This document shows positions 38,723 through 51,293 of a stretch of 64,000 nucleotides of DNA, one piece after another. How positions within the stretch are numbered: the stretch's first letter is position 1; each line of letters starts with the position of its first letter. A program made the translations under genes and the position numbers. Where the stretch lies: contig CAVTRY010000013.1 of the NCBI GenBank assembly GCA_963737265.1, forward strand, positions 480,001 through 544,000, read 5' to 3'. The notes beneath the pieces were generated by a model. The model was not told where the DNA came from, ran no database searches, and worked only from the letters and a program-made list of their open reading frames with translations. This DNA is from an uncultured delta proteobacterium. GTDB lineage: Bacteria > Myxococcota_A > Polyangia > Fen-1088.

Positions 38723-40234
38723 ATGTCCAGTATCAAAGATGTCATCGGAACACAGCTCGGGCGCTACCGCATCGTCGAGCACCTCGCCACCGGCGGCATG
38801 GCGGAAATATTTCTGGCGCGACAGGATGGCGAGGCTGGGTTTAGAAAACAGCTCGTTCTCAAGGTTCTGCAGCAGCGCTGGGAGGACCGACCCGAGGTCG
38901 TTAACTTGTTCCTGGGCGAGGCGCGCATCGCGGCGCTCATGAACCATCCCAATATCGTCGACATCTACGATGTTTCTTCCGAGGACGGCAAGCACTTCAT
39001 CGCCATGGAGCACATCCCTGGCAAGATGCTCACCGAGCTGGCGAAGCGCGCCATCCAGGTGACCAAATCCATCCCGATAGAGGTTGGTCTCTTCATCGCC
39101 GCGGAAGTCGCCGGCTCGCTTTCTCACATGTACGACGGCATCGGCGTCGACGGACAGCCTTTTCGCGTTGTCCACCGGGACATCTCACCCACCAACATCC
39201 TCATCAGCACATCGGGCGAGGTCAAGCTGATCGACTTCGGCATCGCACGCCAAGGTGTCGCCGTGATCGAAGAGTCGGGGGCTCGTCCGGGCAAGGTCAC
39301 GTACATGTCGCCCGAGCAGGTCAAGGGAAGACCGATCGACGGCCGCTCGGATATCTTCTGCCTCGGCACGATTCTCTACGAAATCACCCTCGGCCGTCGC
39401 CTGTGGCGCGGGCCGCGCGAGGTTGCGGTCAAGCGCATCATCGAGGAACGCCCCAAGCCGCCAACCTACGTTCGCCATGACTACCCCGCCGAGCTCGAGA
39501 TCATCGTGATGCGGGCACTGGAGAAAAGGCCCGAGGATCGCTACCAGTCGCCGACGGATCTCTACTTCGACTTACAGAGCTTCATGGAACGTTCGGGTGC
39601 CCATTTGCGCAACAACTTTCAAATGGCGGACTACGCTGCCAAGATCTTCTCGGAAGAGGCGGAGGCCCTGATCTCCGACGTTGGCCGACGACGCGCGCAA
39701 GCATTCGCCGAGGGACGTGAGGGCACGGAGTCAGACGACGAGGATCTGGATTTCGACGTGCAGCAGTCCGATGGCCCAGGCGCAGCTCTGGCTCGGGCCT
39801 TGCGCACCTCGACCCTGCGGCTAGGGACCGCACTCGGCCGGGCCCCCGAGGCTCAACCCGAGACATCTGACGCCGACGGTCAGCCAGAATCCGGCGGGGG
39901 CGAGGTTCAACCTCAAGGCGGCGATCCCAGGAACGGATCATCCGATGGGGTCAAGAGTGCGCTCGGATATGACGAAGCTGGGAATGGCGCGCCTCAAACC
40001 ACCGAGTCGGGTGCGACCAGCGAGCAAGGGGTACGCAGCAAAGCGGAAACATCGAGCGAAATTAGAAGTGCGAAAATCGTGTCAAAGCCAAGTGCGTTTG
40101 GAGCCACGCCCCAAAAGCTGGACGTGGAGATGTCCGATCATCTTCCCCGGCGCTGGAATGGGGTTGTTGTGGCGGGGATCATCTTGGTCGCCGCATTGGT
40201 CGCCAGTGCGCTGTGGCTGCTGCATGGTCGGTAG
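38723..40234 (+). CDS. Hanks-type Ser/Thr protein kinase with C-terminal TM anchor
   Basis: LATGGMAEIF, VLK, HRDISPTNIL, DFGIA, YMSPEQ, DGRSDIF; hydrophobic C-terminus. Confidence 0.93.
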   Translation: MSSIKDVIGTQLGRYRIVEHLATGGMAEIFLARQDGEAGFRKQLVLKVLQQRWEDRPEVVNLFLGEARIAALMNHPNIVDIYDVSSEDGKHFIAMEHIPGKMLTELAKRAIQVTKSIPIEVGLFIAAEVAGSLSHMYDGIGVDGQPFRVVHRDISPTNILISTSGEVKLIDFGIARQGVAVIEESGARPGKVTYMSPEQVKGRPIDGRSDIFCLGTILYEITLGRRLWRGPREVAVKRIIEERPKPPTYVRHDYPAELEIIVMRALEKRPEDRYQSPTDLYFDLQSFMERSGAHLRNNFQMADYAAKIFSEEAEALISDVGRRRAQAFAEGREGTESDDEDLDFDVQQSDGPGAALARALRTSTLRLGTALGRAPEAQPETSDADGQPESGGGEVQPQGGDPRNGSSDGVKSALGYDEAGNGAPQTTESGATSEQGVRSKAETSSEIRSAKIVSKPSAFGATPQKLDVEMSDHLPRRWNGVVVAGIILVAALVASALWLLHGR

Positions 40235-40369
40235 CAGATGATGTATGTAGAACGGACACCATGGCGGCACGCCTTCGTACCCAGGCAAGTGTGATGAAGA
40301 ACGGCAGGTATTCACCGAGCAATCGGGCTGTGGTGGCCTGCTTCGCCGAGGAGCTTTCGGGATCATAGA

Positions 40370-41992
40370 ATGAAGTTCGTCTGTGACCGCTGCCAGACCC
40401 GCTATTCCATCGCGGATGAGAAGGTCAGGCAGAAGATCCTGCGCATTCGCTGCAAGACTTGCGGCAATGTGATCGTCGTTCAAGGCGAGCGAGTGACAGC
40501 CTCGCTCGCGGGGCCAGCGGCGCTGCCGCGGCTACCGGTCGGCCAGGCGAAGGGCGCTGCCGCGGAGCCCGCCAAGCGCGCTGTTCCACCCCCACCGCCA
40601 TCCCCGACCTCCAGCGCGTCAGACCCGGCGCCTTTGGGCGGCGGGGTGGAATGGTACGTCTCAATCAGCGGCGCGCAGGCGGGACCGCTTTCGCGCGCCG
40701 ACGCCGCCAAGCGGATTGCGACGGCCAAAGCAGGCCAGCCGGTTCACGTGTGGAAGGACGGTATGGCGGCGTGGAAACCGGCCCGCGAGGTTTCGGTGAT
40801 CGCCAGGGAGCTGAGCATCATGCGGCGTCCGCCACCTCCGCCCCCGCCCCCGCCTCCTCTTTCTACAGCGCCAACGGAGGGTGCGGTAACGCTGTCCGAT
40901 GGCGCCGGGTCCGCCCCCAAGGTGGAGCCCTTCGCAAGGGCGTCGGCTCTTTCCAAGGCCGCAGAAAGCCGAACACCGCGGCTGCATTCGCCGACTTCGG
41001 GTGCCCCGGTGGCCAGTCTGGCGAGCGGGCCGGCCCCGGTGGTCCAGCCAGTGCCCGAACTTTACGAGGATCCCGCCAGTGAGAAGGCCAAGCATCTCCC
41101 CGATTTCCCCGCAGCTCCGGCGGTTGTCGAAGAAGCCCCCATCGCTGCGGTCGGAACGCCTGGCGTGATTGCGGAGACGATTGACGCCAGTGCCAGTGCG
41201 AGCTCGTCGATCCAGGATTCGATTGTTTCGAGCCTGGACTCCCTCCCACCTCCGTTGCAACCGCCCGCCGCCGCGAGCACGGCGAAACCGGTGGCGAGGT
41301 CGGGGCCAGCGCCTCGGCACCAGGGCCTGAAATATGTGATCGCTGCCGCCGTGATCGTGGTTTTGGTGATCGTGCTTGTCGTGCTCACGCTGCGAGGAGA
41401 GGCCGCCAAACAGATCGATCCAGCGAATACGGTGGGTGCCGCGGAGAAGGTCGAGCAACCTACGGTGGAGGAGCCCTCGTCTGGAGAGGCGGAGGCTCCC
41501 AACGCCAAAGCGGGGCGCGGAGAGAAGTCCTCATCGATCACGCACTCGGGCGCCAGACACGGTGGCGGCTCGGCGAAGGCTAGTGCATACCCAGCGGCGC
41601 CGACACCTGAGCAGGAAGCCGCCCAAAGGCGGATGGCCAAGGCCCCTGTGCAAAGCGTCGGAGCGCCTCGCCCCAATCCCTTCGCCGAGAGCGCCCGGCC
41701 CGTCTCGCAAGATCAGATCGGCGCGGTCGTGCGTAACAAGAACAATCAGGCAGCTTTGAAGACGTGCTACGAACGCGCGCTCAAGATGGACAACCATCTT
41801 ACGAGCGGACGCATCGACGTGACGGTTTCCATTGGAACCTCAGGGATCGTTCAACGGGTCATCATCGATGCGCCATCGAGCTTCATCTTGATCGAGCCCT
41901 GCATCAAGGCAGCGGTCAAACGTTGGATGTTCCCGCCCAACACAGAAGAATACGGCACCAACTTCCCACTCATTATGCAAGGCGGGACGTAG
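40370..41992 (+). CDS. AgmX/GltJ-like protein (Zn ribbon, GYF_2, TM, TonB-C-like domain)
   Basis: CDRCQTRYSIADEKV...IRCKTC; WYVSISGAQAGPL...VWKDGMAAWKP; TM; CYERALK...CIKAAVKRWMFP. Confidence 0.85.
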   Translation: MKFVCDRCQTRYSIADEKVRQKILRIRCKTCGNVIVVQGERVTASLAGPAALPRLPVGQAKGAAAEPAKRAVPPPPPSPTSSASDPAPLGGGVEWYVSISGAQAGPLSRADAAKRIATAKAGQPVHVWKDGMAAWKPAREVSVIARELSIMRRPPPPPPPPPPLSTAPTEGAVTLSDGAGSAPKVEPFARASALSKAAESRTPRLHSPTSGAPVASLASGPAPVVQPVPELYEDPASEKAKHLPDFPAAPAVVEEAPIAAVGTPGVIAETIDASASASSSIQDSIVSSLDSLPPPLQPPAAASTAKPVARSGPAPRHQGLKYVIAAAVIVVLVIVLVVLTLRGEAAKQIDPANTVGAAEKVEQPTVEEPSSGEAEAPNAKAGRGEKSSSITHSGARHGGGSAKASAYPAAPTPEQEAAQRRMAKAPVQSVGAPRPNPFAESARPVSQDQIGAVVRNKNNQAALKTCYERALKMDNHLTSGRIDVTVSIGTSGIVQRVIIDAPSSFILIEPCIKAAVKRWMFPPNTEEYGTNFPLIMQGGT

Positions 41993-42065
41993 ACCTCCTC
42001 GCTTGGCCGTCAGGTCATCTCACAGGTCATCTGGCAGGTTTTGGCCAGCTGCTACACTTGCGCCG

Positions 42066-44975
42066 ATGTCTCGCCTGTCTCGCCGCCATCCCTACGCAGC
42101 GTTCTTGGCCAAGGTGCAAAAGCCCGCGCGCTACATCGGTGGCGAGTATGGCGAAAGGCGGATCGATCTCGCGGCGGCACGTGCGCGGGTTTGCCTGGCC
42201 TTTCCCGACGCCTATGAAATCGGGATGTCCCACCTCGGCACCAAGATTCTCTATGGCCTGCTCAACAACGCCGAAGGCATCGCGTGCGAGCGCGTGTTCG
42301 CGCCCTGGCTCGACATGGAAAGCGAGCTGCGCACCCGGGCGCTGCCTCTCCTCACGCTGGAGACGGCCAGCCCGATCGTCGCCTTCGACGTGGTCGGGTT
42401 TTCTTTGCAGTACGAGCTCAACTACACCGGCGTCCTCAACATTCTCGATTTGGGCGGAATTCCGCTGCGGGCGACCGAGCGAAGTCAGTCGCATCCGCTG
42501 GTGATCGCCGGCGGGCCGGTGGCCAGCCATCCCGAGCCGCTGGCACCCTTCATCGACGCCTTCTTTATCGGCGAGGCGGAGGAGCTTCTGCCCGCGCTGT
42601 GCTTGCAAGCCGCCGATTTGCGCCGGGCAGGGCTGCCGCGCGAGGAGATTCTGGCTCGCCTGGCGCAAGGCTATCCGCTGTACGTTCCCGCGCTCTATGC
42701 AACGGAGCGCGACGATTCGACCGGATTCGTGCTGGTGGCCAAGCCGACCGATCCACGTGTACCCGCGCGCGCTCGTCGAGTGTGGGTGAAAGACATCAAC
42801 CGCTTCCCATTTCCCGCCGATTCTCCGCTGCCGCACGCCGAGGCCGTGTTCGATCGGATGGCGGTGGAAATCGCGCGCGGCTGCACCGAGGGGTGCCGCT
42901 TCTGCCAAGCCGGCGTGATTTACCGCCCGGTTCGTGAGCGCGATCCGGTGGCCGTGGTCGACGCGCTCCTCGCTGGGATTCGCGCCGGCGGCTACGACGA
43001 AACCTCGCTGGCGTCGCTGTCGCCGGCGGACTATTCGTGCGTGACGCCGCTGGTGCGGACGGCGATGGCCAAGCTGCGCGACGAACGGGTTTCGCTCTCG
43101 GTTTCCTCGCTGCGCGCCTACGGCCTCGACGAGGAATTGCTCGGCGACTTGGCCGCGGGCGGTATCACCGGCCTGACCTTTTCGCCCGAGGCAGGTACGC
43201 AGCGCATGCGCGACTTGGTCAACAAGAACGTTACCGAGGCCGACATCCTGGAATCCGCCCATCGCGTGTTCTCGCGCGGGCACCAGCGCATGAAGCTGTA
43301 CTTCATGATCGGTCTGCCCACCGAAACCGACGAGGACATCGTCGGAATCGTGGAAACGGCCGCGCACGTGCAAGAGATCGGACGGCGCTATCTGCGCTCG
43401 GCCAAGGTTGCGGCCGCGGTGTCCACCTTCGTCCCCAAACCGCACACGCCATTTCAGTGGGCGGGTACGGACAGCCGCGAGGAAACCTCGAGGAAGCACA
43501 CGCTGCTGGCCGAACACGCGCGCCGCCTGCGTGTGGAATTGCGACTGCACGAGAACACGCAATCGCACCTCGAGGCGATTTTCGCGCGCGGGGATCGGGC
43601 ATGCGCCGACGTGCTTGAGCGCGCCTTTCATCTTGGTTGCCGCTTCGATGGCTGGAACGAGGCGCTGCGGATCGATTTGTGGGAACAGGCCATCGCCGGC
43701 GAAAGGGCCACGCGCGGGTTCGATCCGGAGCGCTACCTCGGCGCGATTCCCGAGGGCGCGCGCCTGCCCTGGGACCACATCGACGTGGGCGTCGAGCCGG
43801 ACTTTTTGCGCAAGGAGCTGCACAAGGCCATGCGGCACCAGTCGTCGCCTCCTTGCGGAAAACCGGTTGGCCAGCTCTTGCATCCGGCCAGCGTCACGGA
43901 CGCCGAAGGCGCCGCGGAGCGCAGGCTGGTCTGTTACGACTGCGGGGTGGCGTGCGACCTCGATCGCATGAAGAGCGAACGCCTGTTTTTCCTGCGCCGG
44001 TTGAATGCATGGGCCGCGCGCGCGCCACTGCCGCCGCGCCGCCGGGACGCCAGGGTGGCCGGAAATGCCCCTACGCTTCATCCTCCATCGCCTCTTCCGG
44101 CGACGACGTCAAATCAAAGCGAGCCGGCGCGCTTTCGCTTGCGCTACAGTAAGCTTGGCTCCGCGGCGTTTCTCGCTCACCTGGATCTTGTCCGCCATCT
44201 GCCGCGCGCGTTTCGCCGCGCCCAGCTCGAGATCTTCTACTCGAAGGGCTTCCATCCCAAGCCGGGTCTTTCCTTCGGCCCGGCGCTCGGACTTGGCATT
44301 CCATCGCTGGGCGAGCTGCTCGACGTCAAGTTGGATGTCAGGTCGATCGACGAGCTGCCGGCCGGGGAAATCCTGCGCCGGCTTCAGGCCGTTTCTCCGC
44401 CGGGCATCGATTTTCTAGCTGCCACTGCCCTGGCGGAAGGTGATGCGCCGCTCGGCCGCATTTTGACCGAAGCACATTACGTGGTTCGGCTGCCACCTGG
44501 ATTTTCCGCCGGTCGTGCCGAATCGGTCTGGAACGCGGGCGCGCCCTTGCCCGTCACCCGTCGCGAGCGCAGCGACAGCCGCCGGCCAGATCGCGGCAAC
44601 AGCGTCGACGTGAGGCCAAGCATCTTGTTCGCGGCCGCGCCCCAACCGGAGGATCGCCGCCAGCTCGCCGAGCGGCTCGACTGGCCCAGCGCCAGCGATG
44701 CGAACGACGATGATATTTTGGGTTTTGGTCTTGTGGTCAGCCCGCTTGGAAGTGCTCGCCCCGTCGAAGTCGTGGAGGCCTTGTACGGCGAAGCAGCGGC
44801 GCAAGGCTGCGAAATCGTGCGCACCGGGCTGTTTGCCAAGGCGGCGGAAAATCGGGTCGATCCACTCGACGTCGCGGCCCTGCGCGCAGGCGCGGTCGAG
44901 GTCGCCGAGCCCGGTGGCACGCCGGCCGTCGCGGGCGACGTCCTCTGTGGCCCAGAATCGGAAAAGCGCGCTTGA
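42066..44975 (+). CDS. TIGR03960-type B12-binding radical SAM protein fused to a TIGR03936-type C-terminal domain
   Basis: KPARYIGGE, AFPDAYEIGMSHLG, RGCTEGCRFCQAG (CxxxCxxC), FVPKPHTPFQW; C-terminal FLAHLDL...YSKGFHPKP...FGPAL. Confidence 0.9.
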   Translation: MSRLSRRHPYAAFLAKVQKPARYIGGEYGERRIDLAAARARVCLAFPDAYEIGMSHLGTKILYGLLNNAEGIACERVFAPWLDMESELRTRALPLLTLETASPIVAFDVVGFSLQYELNYTGVLNILDLGGIPLRATERSQSHPLVIAGGPVASHPEPLAPFIDAFFIGEAEELLPALCLQAADLRRAGLPREEILARLAQGYPLYVPALYATERDDSTGFVLVAKPTDPRVPARARRVWVKDINRFPFPADSPLPHAEAVFDRMAVEIARGCTEGCRFCQAGVIYRPVRERDPVAVVDALLAGIRAGGYDETSLASLSPADYSCVTPLVRTAMAKLRDERVSLSVSSLRAYGLDEELLGDLAAGGITGLTFSPEAGTQRMRDLVNKNVTEADILESAHRVFSRGHQRMKLYFMIGLPTETDEDIVGIVETAAHVQEIGRRYLRSAKVAAAVSTFVPKPHTPFQWAGTDSREETSRKHTLLAEHARRLRVELRLHENTQSHLEAIFARGDRACADVLERAFHLGCRFDGWNEALRIDLWEQAIAGERATRGFDPERYLGAIPEGARLPWDHIDVGVEPDFLRKELHKAMRHQSSPPCGKPVGQLLHPASVTDAEGAAERRLVCYDCGVACDLDRMKSERLFFLRRLNAWAARAPLPPRRRDARVAGNAPTLHPPSPLPATTSNQSEPARFRLRYSKLGSAAFLAHLDLVRHLPRAFRRAQLEIFYSKGFHPKPGLSFGPALGLGIPSLGELLDVKLDVRSIDELPAGEILRRLQAVSPPGIDFLAATALAEGDAPLGRILTEAHYVVRLPPGFSAGRAESVWNAGAPLPVTRRERSDSRRPDRGNSVDVRPSILFAAAPQPEDRRQLAERLDWPSASDANDDDILGFGLVVSPLGSARPVEVVEALYGEAAAQGCEIVRTGLFAKAAENRVDPLDVAALRAGAVEVAEPGGTPAVAGDVLCGPESEKRA

Positions 44976-45039
44976 CAGTTTGGGCCGGGTCGGGCGTTAT
45001 CCCTTCTGCCTGCATCGGCAAACCAGGAGAAACGCGGAA

Positions 45040-45612
45040 ATGAACCTTCGCCCGGCACCGCCCGAACGCAACTTGGTCGAACGTTCCGAGATCCTGGATG
45101 CCGTGGGGATGGCCCGCGTGCTGCGGCGAATTGCCTTCGAAATCGTCGAGCGCAATGGCCACGATGCTTATTTCGTCGGCATCCACACCGGCGGCGCCTT
45201 GCTGGCCGAGCGCATGGTGAAGCTGCTCGTGGAGGGCGGTGAAAAGCGTCCGGCGCTCGGTGCCATTGACATCACGCTGTATCGCGATGACGTTTTTCAC
45301 GGCCTGCCCAAGCCGGAAATTGGGCCGACCGACTTGAAGGAAAGCATCGACGATCGCGTGGTGGTCCTGATCGACGATGTCCTGTTCACCGGACGGACCG
45401 TGCGCGCGGCGATGGATGTGCTGGTCGACTACGGACGACCGCGGGCGGTGCAGCTGGCGGTTCTCGTCGACCGCGGCCGGCGCGAGCTTCCCATTCAACC
45501 CGACTTCGTGGGCGTGCGTTTGCAAACCACGGCCGAACAGTCGGTGCAGGTGCTATTCAGCGAGCTCGGCGAACCCGACCGCGTCGTCGTACGCGAAAGG
45601 ATCGGGCAATGA
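45040..45612 (+). CDS. pyrR: Bifunctional pyr regulator/uracil phosphoribosyltransferase
   Basis: [51 protein letters not shown]. Confidence 0.94.
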   Translation: MNLRPAPPERNLVERSEILDAVGMARVLRRIAFEIVERNGHDAYFVGIHTGGALLAERMVKLLVEGGEKRPALGAIDITLYRDDVFHGLPKPEIGPTDLKESIDDRVVVLIDDVLFTGRTVRAAMDVLVDYGRPRAVQLAVLVDRGRRELPIQPDFVGVRLQTTAEQSVQVLFSELGEPDRVVVRERIGQ

Positions 45613-46553
45613 AGGGGCCGCACGCGTTCTCGCAGAAGCACATGCTTGGTGTGGAACACCTGTCGGCGGAGGAGATCACGACGATTCTCGATCTCGGGGA
45701 TCGCTTTCTTGAGATTGCCGACCGGCCGATCAAGAAGGTCCCAACCTTGCGGGGCAAGACGGTGATCAACCTGTTCCTGGAGCCGTCGACGCGAACCCGG
45801 ACGTCGTTTGAAATCGCGGCCAAACGTCTGTCCGCCGACGGGATCAATTTTACCGCGTCGGCGTCCTCGACGACCAAGGGCGAGACCCTCATCGATACCG
45901 CCACGAATCTCGATGCCATGAGCCCGGACATCGTGGTTCTCCGTCATTCGCAGGCCGGCTCCGCCCTTCTTCTGACCAAGCACATCCGGGCCGCCGTTGT
46001 GAACGCGGGCGACGGCCAGCACGAACACCCGACGCAGGCGCTGCTCGATGCGTCCACGATTCGCGCCCACAAGGGCAAGGTCGAGGGTCTGACCGTGGTG
46101 ATTTGCGGCGATATTGACCACAGTCGCGTCGCGCGGTCGAACATTTTCGCGCTTCGCACGCTGGGGGCGCGCGTGCGCGTGGCGGGCCCGCGGTCGCTTC
46201 TGCCCCTCGGCGTCACGAGCCTGGGTGTGGAAGCCTTCGACCGCATCGAGCCGGCGCTGGAAGGCGCGGATGTGGTCATGATGTTGCGCATTCAGCTCGA
46301 ACGCAAAGCCGGCGGGCGTTTTCCCAACACGCGCGAGTATTCCCGCTACTTCGGCTTGAATCAGCGCCGCCTGAGCCTGGCCAAGCCCGACGCCATCGTC
46401 ATGCACCCAGGGCCCATGAATCGCGGCGTCGAGATCGACCCATCGGTGGCCGACGGCCCGCGTTCGGTGATTCTGGATCAAGTCGCGCGCGGCGTAGCCA
46501 TTCGCATGGCCGTGCTCTACCTGCTCGGCGGTGGCAACGAGGCAGTAGAATAG
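45609..46553 (+). CDS. pyrB: Aspartate carbamoyltransferase catalytic subunit
   Basis: [46 protein letters not shown]. Confidence 0.97.
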   Translation: MKGPHAFSQKHMLGVEHLSAEEITTILDLGDRFLEIADRPIKKVPTLRGKTVINLFLEPSTRTRTSFEIAAKRLSADGINFTASASSTTKGETLIDTATNLDAMSPDIVVLRHSQAGSALLLTKHIRAAVVNAGDGQHEHPTQALLDASTIRAHKGKVEGLTVVICGDIDHSRVARSNIFALRTLGARVRVAGPRSLLPLGVTSLGVEAFDRIEPALEGADVVMMLRIQLERKAGGRFPNTREYSRYFGLNQRRLSLAKPDAIVMHPGPMNRGVEIDPSVADGPRSVILDQVARGVAIRMAVLYLLGGGNEAVE

Positions 46554-46611
46554 GCGATGGAGTTGTACTTGACAGGTTCGCTCGCCCACCTCTATGTGAG
46601 GAGCAATTTTA

Positions 46612-47904
46612 ATGGCTGACATCCTTCTGCGCGGTGGCCGCGTCATCGATCCCGCGCGCAACTTCGATGCCTGCGCGGACGTGCTCTTGCGCGACGGCAA
46701 GGTGGCTCGGGTCGAGCCGGAAATCGCCGCGCCCAAAGATGCGCGCCTGATTGACGTGCGCGACAAGTGGGTCGTGCCTGGGCTCATCGACATGCACACC
46801 CACCTGCGTGAGCCCGGCCAGGAATACAAAGAGAACATCGAAACCGGAACCGCGGCGGCCGCCGCCGGCGGCTTCACCGCCGTGTGCGCCATGCCCAACA
46901 CGGTTCCGCCCAACGATAACCGCGCCGTGACCGAGCTCATCGTGCGCCGGGCGCGCGAGGTCGGGGCGGTCCGTGTCTATCCCATCGGATGCATCACCCA
47001 GGGCCAGACGGGCGAGAATCTGGCCGAGATGGGCGAACTGCAGGAGGCCGGCTGTGTCGCCGTTTCCGACGACGGCAAGAGCGTGATGAACAGCGAGGTC
47101 ATGCGCCGGGCGCTGGAATACGCCCGCGGCTTCGGCCTGCTGGTCATCCAGCACGCCGAGGATCACAATCTCTCGGCCAACGGCCCCGCGCACGAAGGTC
47201 CGGTCTCGACCCGCATCGGCCTGCGCAGTCAGCCAGCTGCGGCCGAGTCCGCCATGGTGGCGCGCGATTTAGAATTGGTGGCGCTGACTGGCGCTCGCTA
47301 CCACGTGGCCCACGTGAGCTGCGCCGAAACGGTGCGCCTGGTTCGCGATGCCAAACGGCGCGGGTTGCCCGTGACCTGCGAGGTGACGCCGCACCACCTC
47401 ACCCTGACCGACGAAGCGTGCGCCGGCTACGACACGTCGACGCGGGTGAATCCACCCCTGCGCAGCGGCAAGGACGTGGCGGCTGTGCGCGAGGCACTGG
47501 CCGACGGAACCATCGACGCCGTGGCCACCGATCACGCGCCTCATTCCTCGGTCGAAAAGGACGTGGAGTTCGAGCAGGCGGCGTGCGGGCTCATCGGGCT
47601 CGAAACCGCGCTGGCCCTGTGCCTGGATTTGGTTCACGACAACCTGATCACCCCGATGGCGCTGTTCGCACGCATGTCGACCGCGCCGGCCAAGATCCTC
47701 GGCCTTCCCGGCGGTACGCTGGCATTGGGTGGAGTCGCGGACGTGACGGTCATCGACCCGCAAGCGACGTGGATCTGCGATCCCAGCCGCTTCCGTTCGC
47801 GCTCGCGCAATTCGCCGTTTGGTGGGCGTACCATGCGCGGGAAGGTTATGCTCACCATCGTGGGCGGGAACATCGTATTCGCAGAGGAGAAACTCGTTGG
47901 TTGA
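46612..47904 (+). CDS. pyrC: Dihydroorotase
   Basis: [44 protein letters not shown]. Confidence 0.96.
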   Translation: MADILLRGGRVIDPARNFDACADVLLRDGKVARVEPEIAAPKDARLIDVRDKWVVPGLIDMHTHLREPGQEYKENIETGTAAAAAGGFTAVCAMPNTVPPNDNRAVTELIVRRAREVGAVRVYPIGCITQGQTGENLAEMGELQEAGCVAVSDDGKSVMNSEVMRRALEYARGFGLLVIQHAEDHNLSANGPAHEGPVSTRIGLRSQPAAAESAMVARDLELVALTGARYHVAHVSCAETVRLVRDAKRRGLPVTCEVTPHHLTLTDEACAGYDTSTRVNPPLRSGKDVAAVREALADGTIDAVATDHAPHSSVEKDVEFEQAACGLIGLETALALCLDLVHDNLITPMALFARMSTAPAKILGLPGGTLALGGVADVTVIDPQATWICDPSRFRSRSRNSPFGGRTMRGKVMLTIVGGNIVFAEEKLVG

Positions 47905-49042
47905 CGACGCAAGAATTTTTCCACCGGCGCTCCTGGCCCTTGAGGACGGCAGCGTCTACCGCGGGATTGGCTTCGGCGCGTCCGCGGATCAGGCCGGCGA
48001 GCTGGTGTTCAACACCGCCATCACCGGCTATCAGGAGATTCTGACCGACCCGTCGTACTGCGGCCAGATCGTCATGATGACGGCGCCCGAGATAGGCAAC
48101 GTGGGCGTGAACGCCGAGGACGATGAATCGATCCACCCGTTCTGCGCCGGCTTCGTGGTGCGCGATCTTTCTCCGCGCGTTTCCAATTGGCGGGCACAGA
48201 GCAGCGTGCCGGATTTCATGGCCAAGCACGGCGTGGCCGGCATCTCCGGCGTCGACACGCGCGCCATCACCCGGCGCCTGCGAATCGGCGGCGCGCAACG
48301 CGCGCTCGTCACGCTCAAGGTGGACGATCCGGCCGGCGCCGTCGAGCGCGCCCGCAAGCATCCGTCGCTCGAAGGCCGAGACCTGGTCAAGGATGTCACC
48401 GCGGCCAAGCCCTACGACTGGAGTCAAGGCCTGTGGCAGACCCCGGGCAGCAAGCGCAACGACCCTCCGGTACGCCACCGCGTGGTGGCGTACGATTACG
48501 GAATCAAGCGGGGAATTCTTCGCCGCCTGCGTGCCTCGGGTTGCAGCGTCACCGTGGTGCCGGCGAGCACGCCGGCCAAGGACGTCCTGGTCTGCAAACC
48601 CGATGGAATCTTCCTGTCCAATGGTCCCGGCGATCCCGCGGCGGTTACCTATGCGATCGAGGCGGCGGCAGAGCTCTGCCGTTCGGGCAAGGCGGTTTTC
48701 GGCATTTGCCTCGGACACCAGATTCTCGGGCTTGCGCTGGGTGGCAAGACCTACAAGCTGAAATTCGGACATCATGGCGCCAATCATCCCGTGATGGATC
48801 TGACCACGCGCAAGGTGGAAATCACGTCGCAGAACCACGGCTTCGCGGTGGACGTCGATTCGCTGGCGGGCAAGGCCGTGCTGACCCACATCAACCTGAA
48901 CGACAAAACGGTCGAAGGCATGCGCCATGACCGGCTACCCATCTTCAGCGTGCAGTATCACCCCGAAGCATCGCCCGGTCCCAACGACCCAAGCTACCTC
49001 TTCGATCGCTTCGTCAAGCTGATGGACGAAAACAAGCGGTGA
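47897..49042 (+). CDS. carA: Carbamoyl-phosphate synthase small subunit
   Basis: [48 protein letters not shown]; TTG start with GAGGAG. Confidence 0.96.
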   Translation: MVDDARIFPPALLALEDGSVYRGIGFGASADQAGELVFNTAITGYQEILTDPSYCGQIVMMTAPEIGNVGVNAEDDESIHPFCAGFVVRDLSPRVSNWRAQSSVPDFMAKHGVAGISGVDTRAITRRLRIGGAQRALVTLKVDDPAGAVERARKHPSLEGRDLVKDVTAAKPYDWSQGLWQTPGSKRNDPPVRHRVVAYDYGIKRGILRRLRASGCSVTVVPASTPAKDVLVCKPDGIFLSNGPGDPAAVTYAIEAAAELCRSGKAVFGICLGHQILGLALGGKTYKLKFGHHGANHPVMDLTTRKVEITSQNHGFAVDVDSLAGKAVLTHINLNDKTVEGMRHDRLPIFSVQYHPEASPGPNDPSYLFDRFVKLMDENKR

Positions 49043-49734
49043 GCACCCACGCGTCCCCAACCTATCACTGGGATCCCGGGTCCATTCACACGCTGCTCGA
49101 CGAGCTTGCGAGCGGCTACGGCGGGTCGGAGTTCCACGCCGAGATCGCGGCTGCCCGCGAGGAGTATTTCACCCGTTCGGGCAAGGTGTTCGAGGACGAC
49201 GCCGAGGTTCACGAAGCCCGCACCGTGGCGTTCCTCGAGTGGTATGTGATTGAGCGACCGCTCGCGGGCGGACAGCCCCCGGTGATTCATGCCCTGGAAA
49301 AGGCGCGCGCGTCCTTGGCGCCGAAAGCGGAGCGCCTGAACGACCTGGCACGCCTCTCCACCAGCCACCGCAGCCTGTTCGACATCGCCCACGTCGACGG
49401 CTACACCATCGAATTGGAGGACGTCCTGGGCGGTGCGCGTTTTCGTGTCGTCGAACGCCGCAGCACCATCGGCTTTGAGGTCGGGGCCCTGGTCGAGGCG
49501 CGCGTGGTGTGGGAAGGCGCGCAGGCGGTTTTCGCCAAGACCTTCCTTTTTCACCCCCGCGATGCGCGGAGCCAAGTCCTCGATCTTGTAGACGATTCCC
49601 TTGCCGCGGGCAAAGACCGCGACGAAATCATGTTTCACCTGGCCCAGCTCTACCTGCGCTGGCACCGCCACGGTCACACCAACGCCGCCCGCATCTACAA
49701 GGGCGGTTCCACCGTGGGTCCCGTTCCTCTTTGA
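49039..49734 (+). CDS. Hypothetical protein
   Basis: GTGA overlap with carA; globular composition; FLEWYVIER...HRSLF...LEDVLGG. Confidence 0.75.
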   Translation: MSTHASPTYHWDPGSIHTLLDELASGYGGSEFHAEIAAAREEYFTRSGKVFEDDAEVHEARTVAFLEWYVIERPLAGGQPPVIHALEKARASLAPKAERLNDLARLSTSHRSLFDIAHVDGYTIELEDVLGGARFRVVERRSTIGFEVGALVEARVVWEGAQAVFAKTFLFHPRDARSQVLDLVDDSLAAGKDRDEIMFHLAQLYLRWHRHGHTNAARIYKGGSTVGPVPL

Positions 49735-49755
49735 TTCCATGAGCACATGTACTAG

Positions 49756-51114
<1,359 letters not shown>

Positions 51115-51210
51115 CGCAATGCAAGAGTATTCCCGTGACTACCTGGTCGCGCCGCAAACGAGCGATGCAGGGAATGTCGTTTGCAGGTCAATCTTCTGGC
51201 AGAATCCGCC

Positions 51211-51238
51211 TTGCCACGAAATGACTGCTATCTATAAT
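51211..51238 (+). promoter_or_regulatory. Sigma70-type promoter of the second agmX-like gene
   Basis: TTGCCA-N16-TATAAT ending about 55 bp upstream of ATG 51294. Confidence 0.6.
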
Positions 51239-51293
51239 CCCCCGGCAATCCCCCGGCCAAGTGCCCGTCGATGCCCGTCGAAACGAGGAGCCC

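Noticed and set aside
42027-44081. 684-aa antisense ORF
   Set aside because: Shadow of the radical SAM gene caused by GC3 bias.
44976-45039. PyrR-binding attenuator upstream of pyrR
   Set aside because: No recognisable PyrR-binding loop or terminator in the 64-bp gap.
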